From: an uncultured delta proteobacterium
Lineage (GTDB): Bacteria; Desulfobacterota; Desulfomonilia; UBA1062
Length of the DNA: 64,000 nt
Direction of reading: 5' to 3'
NCBI GenBank assembly: GCA_963785235.1
Contig: CAWAUM010000002.1
Span: forward strand, 224,001-288,000
The position numbers and the translations under genes were made by a program. Positions 25,567-35,553 of this stretch are shown piece after piece. Under the pieces are notes generated by a model. The model was given only the letters and a program-made list of their open reading frames with translations, was not told the DNA's origin and did no database searches. Every line of letters begins with the position of its first letter. The first letter of the stretch is position 1.

Positions 25567-26830
25567 GGGCGGACGCATTATCGACCCTGCGAATAACCGT
25601 GACGAACTCGCTGATATTCTTTTGCGTAACGGCATTATCGAAGAGATCCTTCCTGCAGGCGGACCTGTGCCGGCAGGTGTTGAGGTTCTCGATGCAACAG
25701 GGATGTGGGTGCTCCCGGGACTTATCGATATGCATGCCCACCTCAGGGATCCCGGATTTGAGTATAAGGAAGACATAGCAACCGGGAGCCTTGCTGCAGC
25801 AGCAGGCGGCATTACTACTGTGGTCTGCATGGCCAACACCGATCCGGTCAATGACAATGCCTCGGTTACTCAGTATATTCTCCAGAAGGCATTGAGCGTG
25901 GGTCTGGTGCGGGTGCTGCCGGTGGGGGCCATGACCAAGGGCCAACAGGGCAAAGAGCTCTCTGAGATGGGGCTCATGAAAGAGGCGGGTATTGTCGGGG
26001 TTTCAGATGATGGGAGGCCTGTGGAAAATGCAGCCATCATGCGTAGCGCCATGGAGTATGCCGCCACATTCTCATTGCCCGTAATATCCCATTGCGAAGA
26101 CAGGAATCTCGCAGCTACAGGGGTGATGAATGAGGGCTCGCTTGCATCAGAGCTCGGCCTGGCAGGCATCACGCCCCTGGCCGAGGAGGTCATGGTCTCG
26201 CGTGATGTGCTGATATCGCAATATACCGGTGTTCCTGTTCACATCACCCACATCTCCACCAAAGGGAGCCTGGATATTATAAGGGAGGCAAAGCAGTACG
26301 GGGCGAAGGTCACCTGCGATGCCACACCGCATCATCTCCTTCTCTCCGAGGAAGGCGTGCGGACCTATGATGCGAATTACAAGATGAATCCGCCCCTGAG
26401 GAATGAGGCCCACAGGCATGCGTTGATAGAAGGGCTCAGGATGAACCTGATAGACTGCATTGCAACTGACCATGCGCCTCATGCCAAGGACGAGAAAGAC
26501 CTGGACTTTGACCTGGCCCCCTTCGGCATCATAGGGTTTCAGACCTTGCTGCCGGCCATCATGAAGCTTCACCTCGATTTTGACATCGATTTCTCTCAGC
26601 TCCTGGCCTGCGTGACCAAGAACCCCGCCAAGATTTTGGGCATCGATGGAGGTATGCTGAGTCCAGGTTCACGGGCCGATATTACAATCTTTGATCCAGA
26701 GGCCATCTGGACCCTGACCGAAGAGATGATTCTGTCCAAGTCCCGGAACACCCCCTTCATCGGATGGACCTTTACCGGCAAGGTGGTGCGAACCATTTCT
26801 GAAGGAAAAACCGTCTACAGCTCTGACTAG
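25550..26830 (+). CDS. pyrC: Dihydroorotase
   Basis: DMHAHLRDPG, KMNPPLR, ATDHAPH. Confidence 0.96.
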   Translation: MSMWIKGGRIIDPANNRDELADILLRNGIIEEILPAGGPVPAGVEVLDATGMWVLPGLIDMHAHLRDPGFEYKEDIATGSLAAAAGGITTVVCMANTDPVNDNASVTQYILQKALSVGLVRVLPVGAMTKGQQGKELSEMGLMKEAGIVGVSDDGRPVENAAIMRSAMEYAATFSLPVISHCEDRNLAATGVMNEGSLASELGLAGITPLAEEVMVSRDVLISQYTGVPVHITHISTKGSLDIIREAKQYGAKVTCDATPHHLLLSEEGVRTYDANYKMNPPLRNEAHRHALIEGLRMNLIDCIATDHAPHAKDEKDLDFDLAPFGIIGFQTLLPAIMKLHLDFDIDFSQLLACVTKNPAKILGIDGGMLSPGSRADITIFDPEAIWTLTEEMILSKSRNTPFIGWTFTGKVVRTISEGKTVYSSD

Positions 26831-27964
26831 ATAAGGTCCGTGTCTTCCAGCAGGCTTTTTACCATTTCACCGATGGCGAGGCAGCTCGTGAGTCCTGGTG
26901 ACTCGATCCCGATGAGGTTGATGAGGCCTGTAAGGCCACGGTCCGCCTCATGGCGGATCACGAAGTCTCGCACTTCTCCATCCGGAGGCTGAAGTCTTGG
27001 GCCTGATGCCTGCCATGTCCGGCATGAGATCCTCTTCATCAAGCATCGGCAGGAGCCTCCGTGCGCTGTCCAGGAAGTCCTTTGCATGGGCCGGGTCTAC
27101 GTCATAATTGATCATGTCAACATACCTGGCATCAGGGCCTAGCCTGACCGAGCCTGAGAGGTCCTTGGTGATGTGAATACCCAGCCCGGTAAGGTCTTTT
27201 TCAGGGCTTGGGTACACCAGGCCGTTCACCAGCCCCTGCTTTTTTCCCCTTATACGGAAATACTGGCCCTTGACCGGATAGATGCGGTACCCCGCAGCGG
27301 GAACATCGATGCCGGCCATGGAGGCAACCGTATCCGCGTGGAGGCCCCCTGAATTGATGAGGGTCCTTGTGGTAAAGGTATAGCGCTCCCGCGACTGTGT
27401 ATTCACTGTGCAGAGGAACCCCTCTTTGGTGAAATCAAGCCCGGATAGGCGAGAGTTGTATAAGACCGTGCAGCCCTGGCTCAGGGCAAGTGCCTCGAGG
27501 GTTTTGATCAGCCGGTGCGAATCGATGATACCGGTCAGCGGTGAATAAAGGGCGCTTACTCCGGCAACAAAAGGTTCCCTCTTGTTGCAGGTCGTCCCTG
27601 GTGATCATGGTGAGCCCCTGTGCCCCGTTTTCTGTTCCCTGTCTTGCAAAGACTCTCAATGGCAGGCTCTTCAATAGGGCTTGTGGCCACGATAACCTTT
27701 CCGATTTTTTGAAAGGGTATGGCATGCCTTTCACAAAACGAATACAGCGCTTTGAGACCCCTCTATGCAGAGCCTGGCCTTTAACGAGCCCGTTGGATAA
27801 TAGATCCCGGCGTGGATCACCTCGGAGTTGCGGGAGCTTGTCTCCTTGCCGGGGCCGGATTCCTTTTCCAATACGACAATGGACCTGCCTTTCCCTGCGA
27901 GTGCACAGGCTATTGCCAGGCCCACGACACCTGCCCCCACAATAGTGATATCCACATGAATCAT
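26827..27964 (-). CDS. FAD-dependent oxidoreductase (L-2-hydroxyglutarate oxidase-like); several indels
   Basis: IVGAGVVG...[16 protein letters not shown], then KGQYF/GLGIH/LGPD, then GIESPGLTS, across four frames. Confidence 0.85.
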
Positions 27965-28201
27965 AGAGCCCTTATACCAACAAAGAGAATTGGGGAAAAG
28001 AAAAACGTAAAAGAAAAAGTTAAAACGGAAAGAAATGAGACCTTTGCCGTAGTATAAATATAAACAGCCCTAAGGATAGGTCGTCTTATTATAAAACGCT
28101 GTAAAATCTCACGAGCCGTCTTGCCTCTTTCCCTGTGATCTGGTATACCTTTCATGGTCTACTCAAGCGCAAGCATAACAACACAATTCTAGGAGGAGAC
28201 C

Positions 28202-29970
28202 ATGGATATCAGGGATAAGATTCCGGTGATCAGGGTTGCCATCAGGGGTGCCAATGGAAGGATGGGTCTTCAGGCTATCTATGCCTCGATGGAGAATAAC
28301 GAAAATATCCTTGCCAGGGCAAAAACCAAGGAGCTTGCCGATAAGGATGTCTGGATAGATATCGTTTTCGGGGCCTTTACCGCAGACATCCCCACGGTGC
28401 AGCTGATTCTTGCCGGGGTCATGCGTTCGGAAAAATCAAAAATCCTGGAAGGTTATGACAAGATGGGGAGTCCCATCGTCCGCCTGAAGGCTGACGGCAA
28501 GCACGAGCTGAGGACCAAGTATCTGGAGCAGACCCTTGATGAGGAGCCTCAGCGCGATCATGTCATCCCCTTTGATCGCCAGGAACTCATAGACTCGCCC
28601 GAGGGACTTCCGGCCATCAAGATCCTGTCCCATGACAAACAGGAGGTGCTCTCGATTATCCGCCACGCCAATGTACGTCTCGGAGAACTCTCTTCAGAGG
28701 CCATCATGGACCGGGTTCTGGACACGGCGTATGACCTGGGTGCGAACGTCTTGCTGTCGTGTGTGGGAGACACGGCAAAAAAGGCGGACCGGATGCAGAA
28801 GTGGCTCGACAAGATCCATGAGAAGAAATACCCGATTGGGTTTTTAGAATCTGCGCCGGCCAAGGGCTGGGAGAAAAGGATGCTCTCCCGTCAGGATGAG
28901 ATCAGCATGCTCTGCTCAAGGAACTACAGCCCCACAGGGACGCTGTTCAGGACCGGGATCGCCCTGAAGCAGCCCTTGTTCACGTATAATAACTTTGAGT
29001 TCGGAAAGGCGGCCCAAAGGTTTAAAAAGGTATTCGGCAGGATCATAGCGCAGATTACACAAAACGATGCCTTCAAGAATTATGCACAGATCCTTAAGAA
29101 ACAGCCCACAACAATCCGGGAGATCGATGGTGAGAAGATCCTGGTGAACTACCCTCCCAACTTCCTTACCGTGACCTCGCCTGAGTATATCATCTTCAGC
29201 TTCTATGAAGACAACGAATATGGCTTCATCTGCGCGTCGCTCATCCCCAATCTCAAGGCTCTTGGCCTGATTTATCGAGACAGTGCCCTGGTGGAGAAGG
29301 TCAGGACGGATGGTCTGAAGTATGAAGCTGTTACCAATGTCCCCGGTCTCTTCGGGACCGACTGGATAGTAAAGGCCCCCCAGGAGATCATTAAAAGGGG
29401 TGGCGCAATGTCCACGAGTTCCTGCACCACAAATGGCAATATTGTGGGAGACATCATCATGTTTCTGGCCCTGCACAGCTATTTTGACTTCTTCGCTGAC
29501 ACGACAAAAGATTATTATCTGTGCTCCGACACAGCGAAAAGGCATAAGATCGAGGAGAAGATCGAAAAGAAATTCTCCGAATTTAAGGGTTACCTTGAAG
29601 GGATACTCTCCAAACAGGGCCCGCATGATCAAGACGATCTTCAATTTCTATTACGACCAGGTATCTTTCATCAACACAGATATGCAGCACGGGCTTACCC
29701 GATCAGAATCACCCGAGGTCCTGGATTACCTGAGAGAGACCATCTTCGGGTTCCCAGACCGAGGTCCCCAAGATTCTCTCTTTACCGAGCCGCGAGCAGG
29801 AATATTTTAAGGGTCTCAGGGCCCTTCTCATGGATCAGCTTGCCGTTGAAAAGCACGAGCAAGAAAAGGCAGGCCTTGCTGAGCAGCTTAAAAATATTGA
29901 ATCAAGCATCAAGACAATTGACAATAGTATTAACATTGTCGGCATCCTTGAACAGGTAGAGGCTAATTAG
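28202..29970 (+). CDS. GAPDH-like dehydrogenase with rearranged segment order; two apparent indels near the 3' end
   Basis: RBS AGGAG. Motifs IRVAIRGANGRMG, SAPAK (aa 217), DNEYGF (aa 337), STSSCTTN (Cys408); QHGLT in the +1 frame; SSGSQTEVPKIL in the +2 frame, ending at TAG 29970. Confidence 0.75.
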
Positions 29971-30013
29971 GGGCTTGACACCTCAATTTCGTTTGGACTA
30001 TGAACCCTGACAA

Positions 30014-30086
30014 GGGCCCATAGCTCAATTGGTAGAGCCACCGGCTCATAACCGGTAGGTCCCTGGTTCGATTCCAGGTGGGCCCA
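30014..30086 (+). tRNA. tRNA with CAT anticodon, most like tRNA-Ile2 (lysidine)
   Basis: GGGCCCA/TGGGCCC stem, ACCGG-CTCATAA-CCGGT, TTCGATT; the G1-C72 pair excludes the initiator tRNA. Confidence 0.92.
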
Positions 30087-30166
30087 TAACTGGGCCAAGG
30101 AAGTAAGGGTGAGAACGGGTAACGTACATGACCACTATTTAACGCAAATTTTCGACAAGGCAGTAC

Positions 30167-30198
30167 AAAGGGGTGCTCGTAAGAAGCATCCCTTTTTT
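30167..30198 (+). terminator. Intrinsic terminator after the tRNA
   Basis: AAAGGGGTGCT-N7-AGCATCCCTTT plus T-run. Confidence 0.75.
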
Positions 30199-30206
30199 AT
30201 TCATTT

Positions 30207-30956
30207 ATGATGATGCTTAAAGACGTGATTGCAGTGCTTGATACCATAGCCCCCTTCGAGGGGGCCCAGGAGTGGGACAACGTGGGCCTTATGGTGGGTG
30301 ACGTAGAGAGCCCCATCAACTCGGTACTGGTGGCACTTGATCCTTCACTTGAGGTTATCCATAAGGCCAAGGAAGCCCGAATAGATCTTATCCTCACCCA
30401 TCACCCACTTATATTACAGCCCATTATCCGCATAGATCTTCAGGAAGTGATCGCTAAAAAGATAGCAATGCTTATCCTTACACGGATAAACCTCATCAGC
30501 ATGCACACCAATCTCGACAAGGCGCCGGGCGGTGTGGCCGACGAGCTGGCCAAAAGGCTTGGCCTGAACGATGTAAGGTCCGACGGGTATATGCGGATAG
30601 GTTCCATCAACAAACCAGTTCCCCTGAATGATTGGATTACGGCTTTGCGTGTAAGAAGCGCTCGGCTCATAGATACCGGCAGGGATGTGTCCATGGTTGC
30701 CCTGTGCCCGGGAAGCGGCATGGAGTATTGGAAACAGGCTTTAAGCCTCGGCTGCGACACCTTCGTAACCGGCGATGTCCGCTACCATGCCGGGCTCGAC
30801 GCAAAGGAAGCGGGCATGAATGTCGTGGACCTGGGGCACTTCGGAACAGAAGAGATTATTGTAATCCCCCTTGCAGAAAGGCTCAAACAGGAGCTGAAGG
30901 GAGTAGCGGTCCACGCCCACCAGGGCAGGGATGTCTTTATCCCCTATTACAACTAA
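30207..30956 (+). CDS. Nif3-like dinuclear metal center protein
   Basis: WDNVGL, THHPL, HTNLD, TGDVRYH, GHFGTE. Confidence 0.93.
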   Translation: MMMLKDVIAVLDTIAPFEGAQEWDNVGLMVGDVESPINSVLVALDPSLEVIHKAKEARIDLILTHHPLILQPIIRIDLQEVIAKKIAMLILTRINLISMHTNLDKAPGGVADELAKRLGLNDVRSDGYMRIGSINKPVPLNDWITALRVRSARLIDTGRDVSMVALCPGSGMEYWKQALSLGCDTFVTGDVRYHAGLDAKEAGMNVVDLGHFGTEEIIVIPLAERLKQELKGVAVHAHQGRDVFIPYYN

Positions 30957-30968
30957 GGAGAGCAGATA

Positions 30969-31718
30969 TTGAAGGATTTACTGGAAGATCTGATAGCATT
31001 ACAGGAAGTGGAGATTGAGATATTCAAGGCAGAAGACGGCTTGCGGGAGCTTCCCAAAGAGGTCTCTGAGATCGAGAGCATTATAACCGCCAGGAAGAGG
31101 TCCCTGGATTCAGCGGATGAAGAGATTGCCTCCTATGAGGAGAGGAAGGCCCCCCTGGAGGTGGAGCTTAAAGAGAACCAGGCCCTCCTTGATGCGGCGG
31201 ACGCCAGGATAAAGCGGATCAAGACCAATAAGGAATATCTTGCCATGCAGCGTGAGATCGACATTGCCAAGAAGCGAAAGGCCGATCTCGAGGAGCAGGT
31301 CCTTACCATAATGGAAAAGATCGAAAAGAAGAGCTCCGAGCGGCAGAGAATCAGGACCTCGTTCGAGACCGACAAGGTGATCCTGGAAGAGAAGATGGAT
31401 AAGCTCAATACCCAGATGGAAGAGCTTGAGGCCGTACTGGCCGAATACAAGGGGAAAGACGACCGCCTCCGCAAAAAGATAGTGGACAAATCACTCCTGT
31501 CCAAGTACGACCGCATCAAGCAGAGCAAGAAGGGCCTGGCCGTGGTGGAGTGCTTTGAAGGGGTATGCAGGGGCTGCCACATGCACATCCAGCCTCAACT
31601 CTTCAACGAGCTCATTCGTGGCGACAAGCTGATCAACTGCCCGGCATGCCAGAGGATACTCTATGCTGAAGGCCGAGGAAGAGTAGGAATAGGCGGGGTA
31701 GAGAATATAATAGTTTAA
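30969..31718 (+). CDS. Coiled-coil/C4 zinc-ribbon protein (DUF164-like)
   Basis: Long coiled coil, then CRGCHM...CPACQRIL; usual neighbour of nif3. Confidence 0.9.
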   Translation: MKDLLEDLIALQEVEIEIFKAEDGLRELPKEVSEIESIITARKRSLDSADEEIASYEERKAPLEVELKENQALLDAADARIKRIKTNKEYLAMQREIDIAKKRKADLEEQVLTIMEKIEKKSSERQRIRTSFETDKVILEEKMDKLNTQMEELEAVLAEYKGKDDRLRKKIVDKSLLSKYDRIKQSKKGLAVVECFEGVCRGCHMHIQPQLFNELIRGDKLINCPACQRILYAEGRGRVGIGGVENIIV

Positions 31719-31720
31719 AC

Positions 31721-31765
31721 AATATTCCGGATGCATAAGAGATGGGTATGCGTCCGGTGAATATT
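31721..31765. repeat. Imperfect inverted repeat (hairpin) after the zinc-ribbon gene
   Basis: AATATTCCGGATGCATA-N9-TATGCGTCCGGTGAATATT. Confidence 0.6.
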
Positions 31766-32066
31766 AGGCAATAAGAACCGGAAACTTTAACAGAAGCAAA
31801 CATTTGCTATGATAATGATATCAATAAAGTATGGGCGGGTAACCGGCGACGGTTTCTCCTGTACTCCACGAACCTGCACACAAACCCCGCAAGGTTACCA
31901 AAATACACACGAAATAATTACTGTTAAAGTTTTTTAAAAATTATCCGTATAGAGAGAGTGAAATGATACTTGCTGAACTATGCACTTTCATTCTGTCGGG
32001 CCGCAGGGCGCCAAGGCTTATTTTATACATTAAGCGAATTCCACAAAACCAAGGAGGAATGAGGCA

Positions 32067-32539
32067 ATGTTAAAAATGTTCAGGTCAAACAAAAAAGGTT
32101 TTACATTAATCGAGTTGATGATCGTCGTGGCGATCATCGGTATCCTGGCGGCCATCGCTATCCCGGCATACTCAACGTATTCCAAGAAGGCCAAGGTGGG
32201 CGAGGTCACCAACGCCATGGGTGCTGTGGCTAATACCTGTGTGGAATCGTTCCAGTCGACAGGGAGCTACCCCACCGGCATAAATACGATGGCCCACAAT
32301 AGCCACCAGCTTGGGCATCACTATTCCTCCAACATATGTGACAGGATGCCAGGTGCTATTACAAGGGTGGAGCTGCACCCGGTACTGGCTTGATATTCCG
32401 GTCACATTTAGTAATCGTAATTGGAACAGAGTTTGACCGGGAGAACACTTACCCTTAGGGTCGCACAGGGGCTAAGGGGAACATGGAACCTTTAGGCACC
32501 GATACTGTGGCTGCAACCTATATCCCGAGAAGCAACTAA
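32067..32539 (+). CDS. pilA: Type IVa major pilin; indels in the C-terminal half
   Basis: KKG|[22 protein letters not shown] with strong RBS AAGGAGG; pilin-like end (...TYIP) with a stop near 32539, then a terminator. Confidence 0.88.
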
Positions 32540-32565
32540 GACAGGTAATTATTTACACACAATGT

Positions 32566-32603
32566 ATAGGGCCTTGCTATGAATCGCAAGGCCCTATTTT
32601 ATT
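32566..32603 (+). terminator. Intrinsic terminator after the pilin gene
   Basis: ATAGGGCCTTGC-N8-GCAAGGCCCTAT plus T-run. Confidence 0.85.
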
Positions 32604-32750
32604 CCATAAAGCTTCCGAGATAGAAGTGAAGGCTAGGTGTTGTTGTTATGCGCTAGTTTATGATACACTTTTCTTCGTGACACCATTTCATATTCACCGT
32701 TAGAACAGAATCAATATCATAGAAGGTAGTAGTATTACCACTGGAGCTAT

Positions 32751-33550
32751 TTGTCCTCAATTTAGAGATAGTGTGAGAGGCTACTACAAGCTTTCAGGAA
32801 GGCTATTCCCCTGGAGAGAGACCAGTGATCCTTACCATATCCTCGTCTCCGAGTTCATGCTCCAGCAGACCCAGGTAGAAAGGGTAAGGGCGAAGTACGG
32901 AAGCGTTTGTTCATGAGTTTCCGGATTTTGAAACCCTGGCACGGGCTGATCTCCGGTCTGTTCTTAGGATCTGGCAGGGACTTGGGTATAACCGGCGGGC
33001 CATAGCCCTCAAGGAGACTGCCATACGGGTGATCAGGGATCATGCAGGAGAGCTGCCGAGCACGGTTGACGAATTAATCCGGCTGCCTGGCATCGGCCAT
33101 TCAACAGCCGGGTCTGTTCTTGCCTTTGCTTTCAATAAGCCTGCAGTATTCATCGAGACCAATATCAGGCGGGTCTTCATACACTTTTTCTTTCAGGATA
33201 GAACCGACATCAAGGACACAGAGATCATGCCCCTTGTGGAAGTGACCGTGGACCATGAGAACCCCCGGCACTGGTACTATGCCCTCATGGACTATGGCGC
33301 CATGCTCAAGAAACAGGGGATCAACCCCAACAGGAAGAGCGCCCACTACACAATACAGGCGCCGTTTGAAGGCTCGGACAGGCAGGTGAGGGGTGCGATC
33401 CTCAGGCTTCTTCTCACAAAAGATACTATTACCGAGAAAAAGCTCATTGGCCTTTTAGGTATAAACCAAGACCGTGCTGAGAATATCCTCACAAGCCTTG
33501 AGAAAGACGATTTCATTGACCGTTCTGGGCCGGAGATCCATATTAAGTGA
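32751..33550 (+). CDS. mutY: Short MutY-like A/G adenine glycosylase lacking the Fe-S cluster; indel near 32900; start uncertain
   Basis: PWRETSDPYHILVSEFMLQQTQ, WQGLGYNRRA, LPGIGHSTA, ETNIRRVF, ALMDYG, FEGSDRQVRG. Confidence 0.82.
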
Positions 33551-33589
33551 AATATATCATGCGCTGATAGTTTATTTGAGGAGTAGGTC

Positions 33590-35314
33590 GTGGCTGGGAT
33601 TTCTTTGTATGTAAAGGCAAAATGGACTGCCAAGGATTCTTCTGAGAGCCTGCTTTATAGCATAATCATTTGCCTGGTACTTATCGTGGCCATTTGCATT
33701 GTTTATGGACAGGTTCTTGGTTTCGGGTTCATCAATCTCGATGATCCAGGATATGTTAGTGGAAATGATATTGTCAAACAGGGAATAACTACCGACGGAA
33801 TCAGGTGGGCATATTCAACCTTTCACAAGGCAAACTGGCACCCAGTGACCTGGATCTCGCATATGCTCGATGTTCAATTTTTCGGAATGAACCCGGGCAT
33901 GCATCACCTGACCAATGTGATCTTCCACATTCTCAATGCTCTCTTGCTGTTTTTTGTTTTGAAGAGGATGACCGGGACATTGTGGAGGAGCGCTGCCGTT
34001 GCTGGCCTTTTTGCCCTGCACCCTTTGCATGTAGAGTCGGTTGTTTGGATCTCTGAACGCAAGGATGTGCTGAGCACTTTTTTCTGGCTGCTCACCATGG
34101 CGGGCTACCTATGGTATGTGCAGCAATGCACTGTTCGCAGATATCTTGTTGTAGTTCTGTTCTTTGTCCTAGGGCTTTTGTCGAAACCCATGCTGGTGAC
34201 GTTGCCTTTTGTATTAGTGCTTTTGGATTTCTGGCCCTTGAAGCGCTGGGAACCCTATATACAAGGAAACATCGGCAATGATCCTGGCAAAAGGACATTG
34301 AGGTCCAGGTATAAACAACAAGTATTACCAATCTTTATCGCCGAGAAGATACCACTCATTGTACTTTCAACGGTATCAAGCATCGTTACTTTTTATGCAC
34401 AGAAAAGTGGTGGTGCGGTGGGTTCTGTTGATAGCTTCGCCATAGGAACAAGACTGGCCAACGCTATTACATCCTATGCGGCTTATCTAGATAAGATGGT
34501 TAGGCCATACAATCTAGCCGTTTTCTACCCATACACGGATACCTTCAGTTTCATCACAGTGTCGCTGTCTGCCTTGCTTCTCATTCTCATAACGACTGCT
34601 GTCATCCTTGCAGTAAAAGAGAAGCCGTATCTTTTTGTTGGATGGTTCTGGTATCTCGGAACTCTCTTTCCGGTCATCGGAATTGTGCAGGTTGGATCCC
34701 AGTCCATGGCGGACAGGTACACATATATTCCGCTTATTGGAGTATTTGTGATGATTGTATGGGGCATTGTTGATTTCCTCAGTCGGCAGCGATATGGGAA
34801 GACCGTTCTTAGAACGGTTATTCTTGTTTTTCCACTATTCATATGGGTTTCCTGGGTCCAGGTTGGTTTGTGGAAGAACAGTGAAACCCTATTCATGCAT
34901 GCGCTTGATGTAACGAGAAACAATTATCTAATACACTACAACTTAGGAATTACCCTCTACGAACAAGGGAATGTCGATGGTGCTATGAGAGAATACCAAG
35001 CGTCCTTGCAAATAAAACCTGATTTTACAGAAGCCCATAATAATCTTGGGACTATATTGTTGCTTAAGGGGTATCCTGATGAAACTATCAGGCATTATCG
35101 AGAATCATTGAGGATAAATTCTCATCAAACAGATACATATAATAATCTTGGTGCCGCCTATTTTCGAAAAGGGAATATCCCAATAGCAATAGAATGCTTT
35201 CAGGCGGCTATTCGCGAAAAATCGGATAATGCTAGTGCGATAAAGAATCTCGAGATTGCTAGAACAGCCCAGAAAAAGCCTGTGGGTTTGAATCAAAGGA
35301 TCAAAGATAAATAA
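33590..35314 (+). CDS. TMTC-like polytopic membrane protein (putative GT-C glycosyltransferase) with C-terminal TPRs
   Basis: FINLDD, NWHPVTWISH, HPLHVESVVWISERKD, ADRYTYIP; TPR repeats (HYNLG, HNNLG, YNNLG). Confidence 0.85.
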   Translation: MAGISLYVKAKWTAKDSSESLLYSIIICLVLIVAICIVYGQVLGFGFINLDDPGYVSGNDIVKQGITTDGIRWAYSTFHKANWHPVTWISHMLDVQFFGMNPGMHHLTNVIFHILNALLLFFVLKRMTGTLWRSAAVAGLFALHPLHVESVVWISERKDVLSTFFWLLTMAGYLWYVQQCTVRRYLVVVLFFVLGLLSKPMLVTLPFVLVLLDFWPLKRWEPYIQGNIGNDPGKRTLRSRYKQQVLPIFIAEKIPLIVLSTVSSIVTFYAQKSGGAVGSVDSFAIGTRLANAITSYAAYLDKMVRPYNLAVFYPYTDTFSFITVSLSALLLILITTAVILAVKEKPYLFVGWFWYLGTLFPVIGIVQVGSQSMADRYTYIPLIGVFVMIVWGIVDFLSRQRYGKTVLRTVILVFPLFIWVSWVQVGLWKNSETLFMHALDVTRNNYLIHYNLGITLYEQGNVDGAMREYQASLQIKPDFTEAHNNLGTILLLKGYPDETIRHYRESLRINSHQTDTYNNLGAAYFRKGNIPIAIECFQAAIREKSDNASAIKNLEIARTAQKKPVGLNQRIKDK

Positions 35315-35373
35315 AGATCAATTGTCCTTTCTATCCGTTGATGTTGATTTGACAAAAAAGGTGTGCAGTAACG

Positions 35374-35415
35374 TGCCCCCGGCAGGAATCGGACCTGCGA
35401 CACCAGGATTAGGAA
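35374..35415 (-). repeat. att site: duplicated 3' 42 nt of tRNA-Arg
   Basis: TGCCCCCGGCAGGAATCGGACCTGCGACACCAGGATTAGGAA, identical to 43629-43670. Confidence 0.95.
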
Positions 35416-35553
35416 AACTTCACATCATCCACAAAATCAGCTAACCTATCGAATTTCCTTTGTTGTTGCTTTAGCCTGTTGGCTTAAAATCGGCCTAAAG
35501 AGTCTAGTTTTTCAACAATTCACCCATAACAGTCACCCATAAGGAGGAGAACC

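Noticed and set aside
31830-31900. c-di-GMP-I/GEMM riboswitch upstream of the pilin gene
   Set aside because: The GGCAAA...GNRA...GCAAA...CUAA architecture is not found on either strand.
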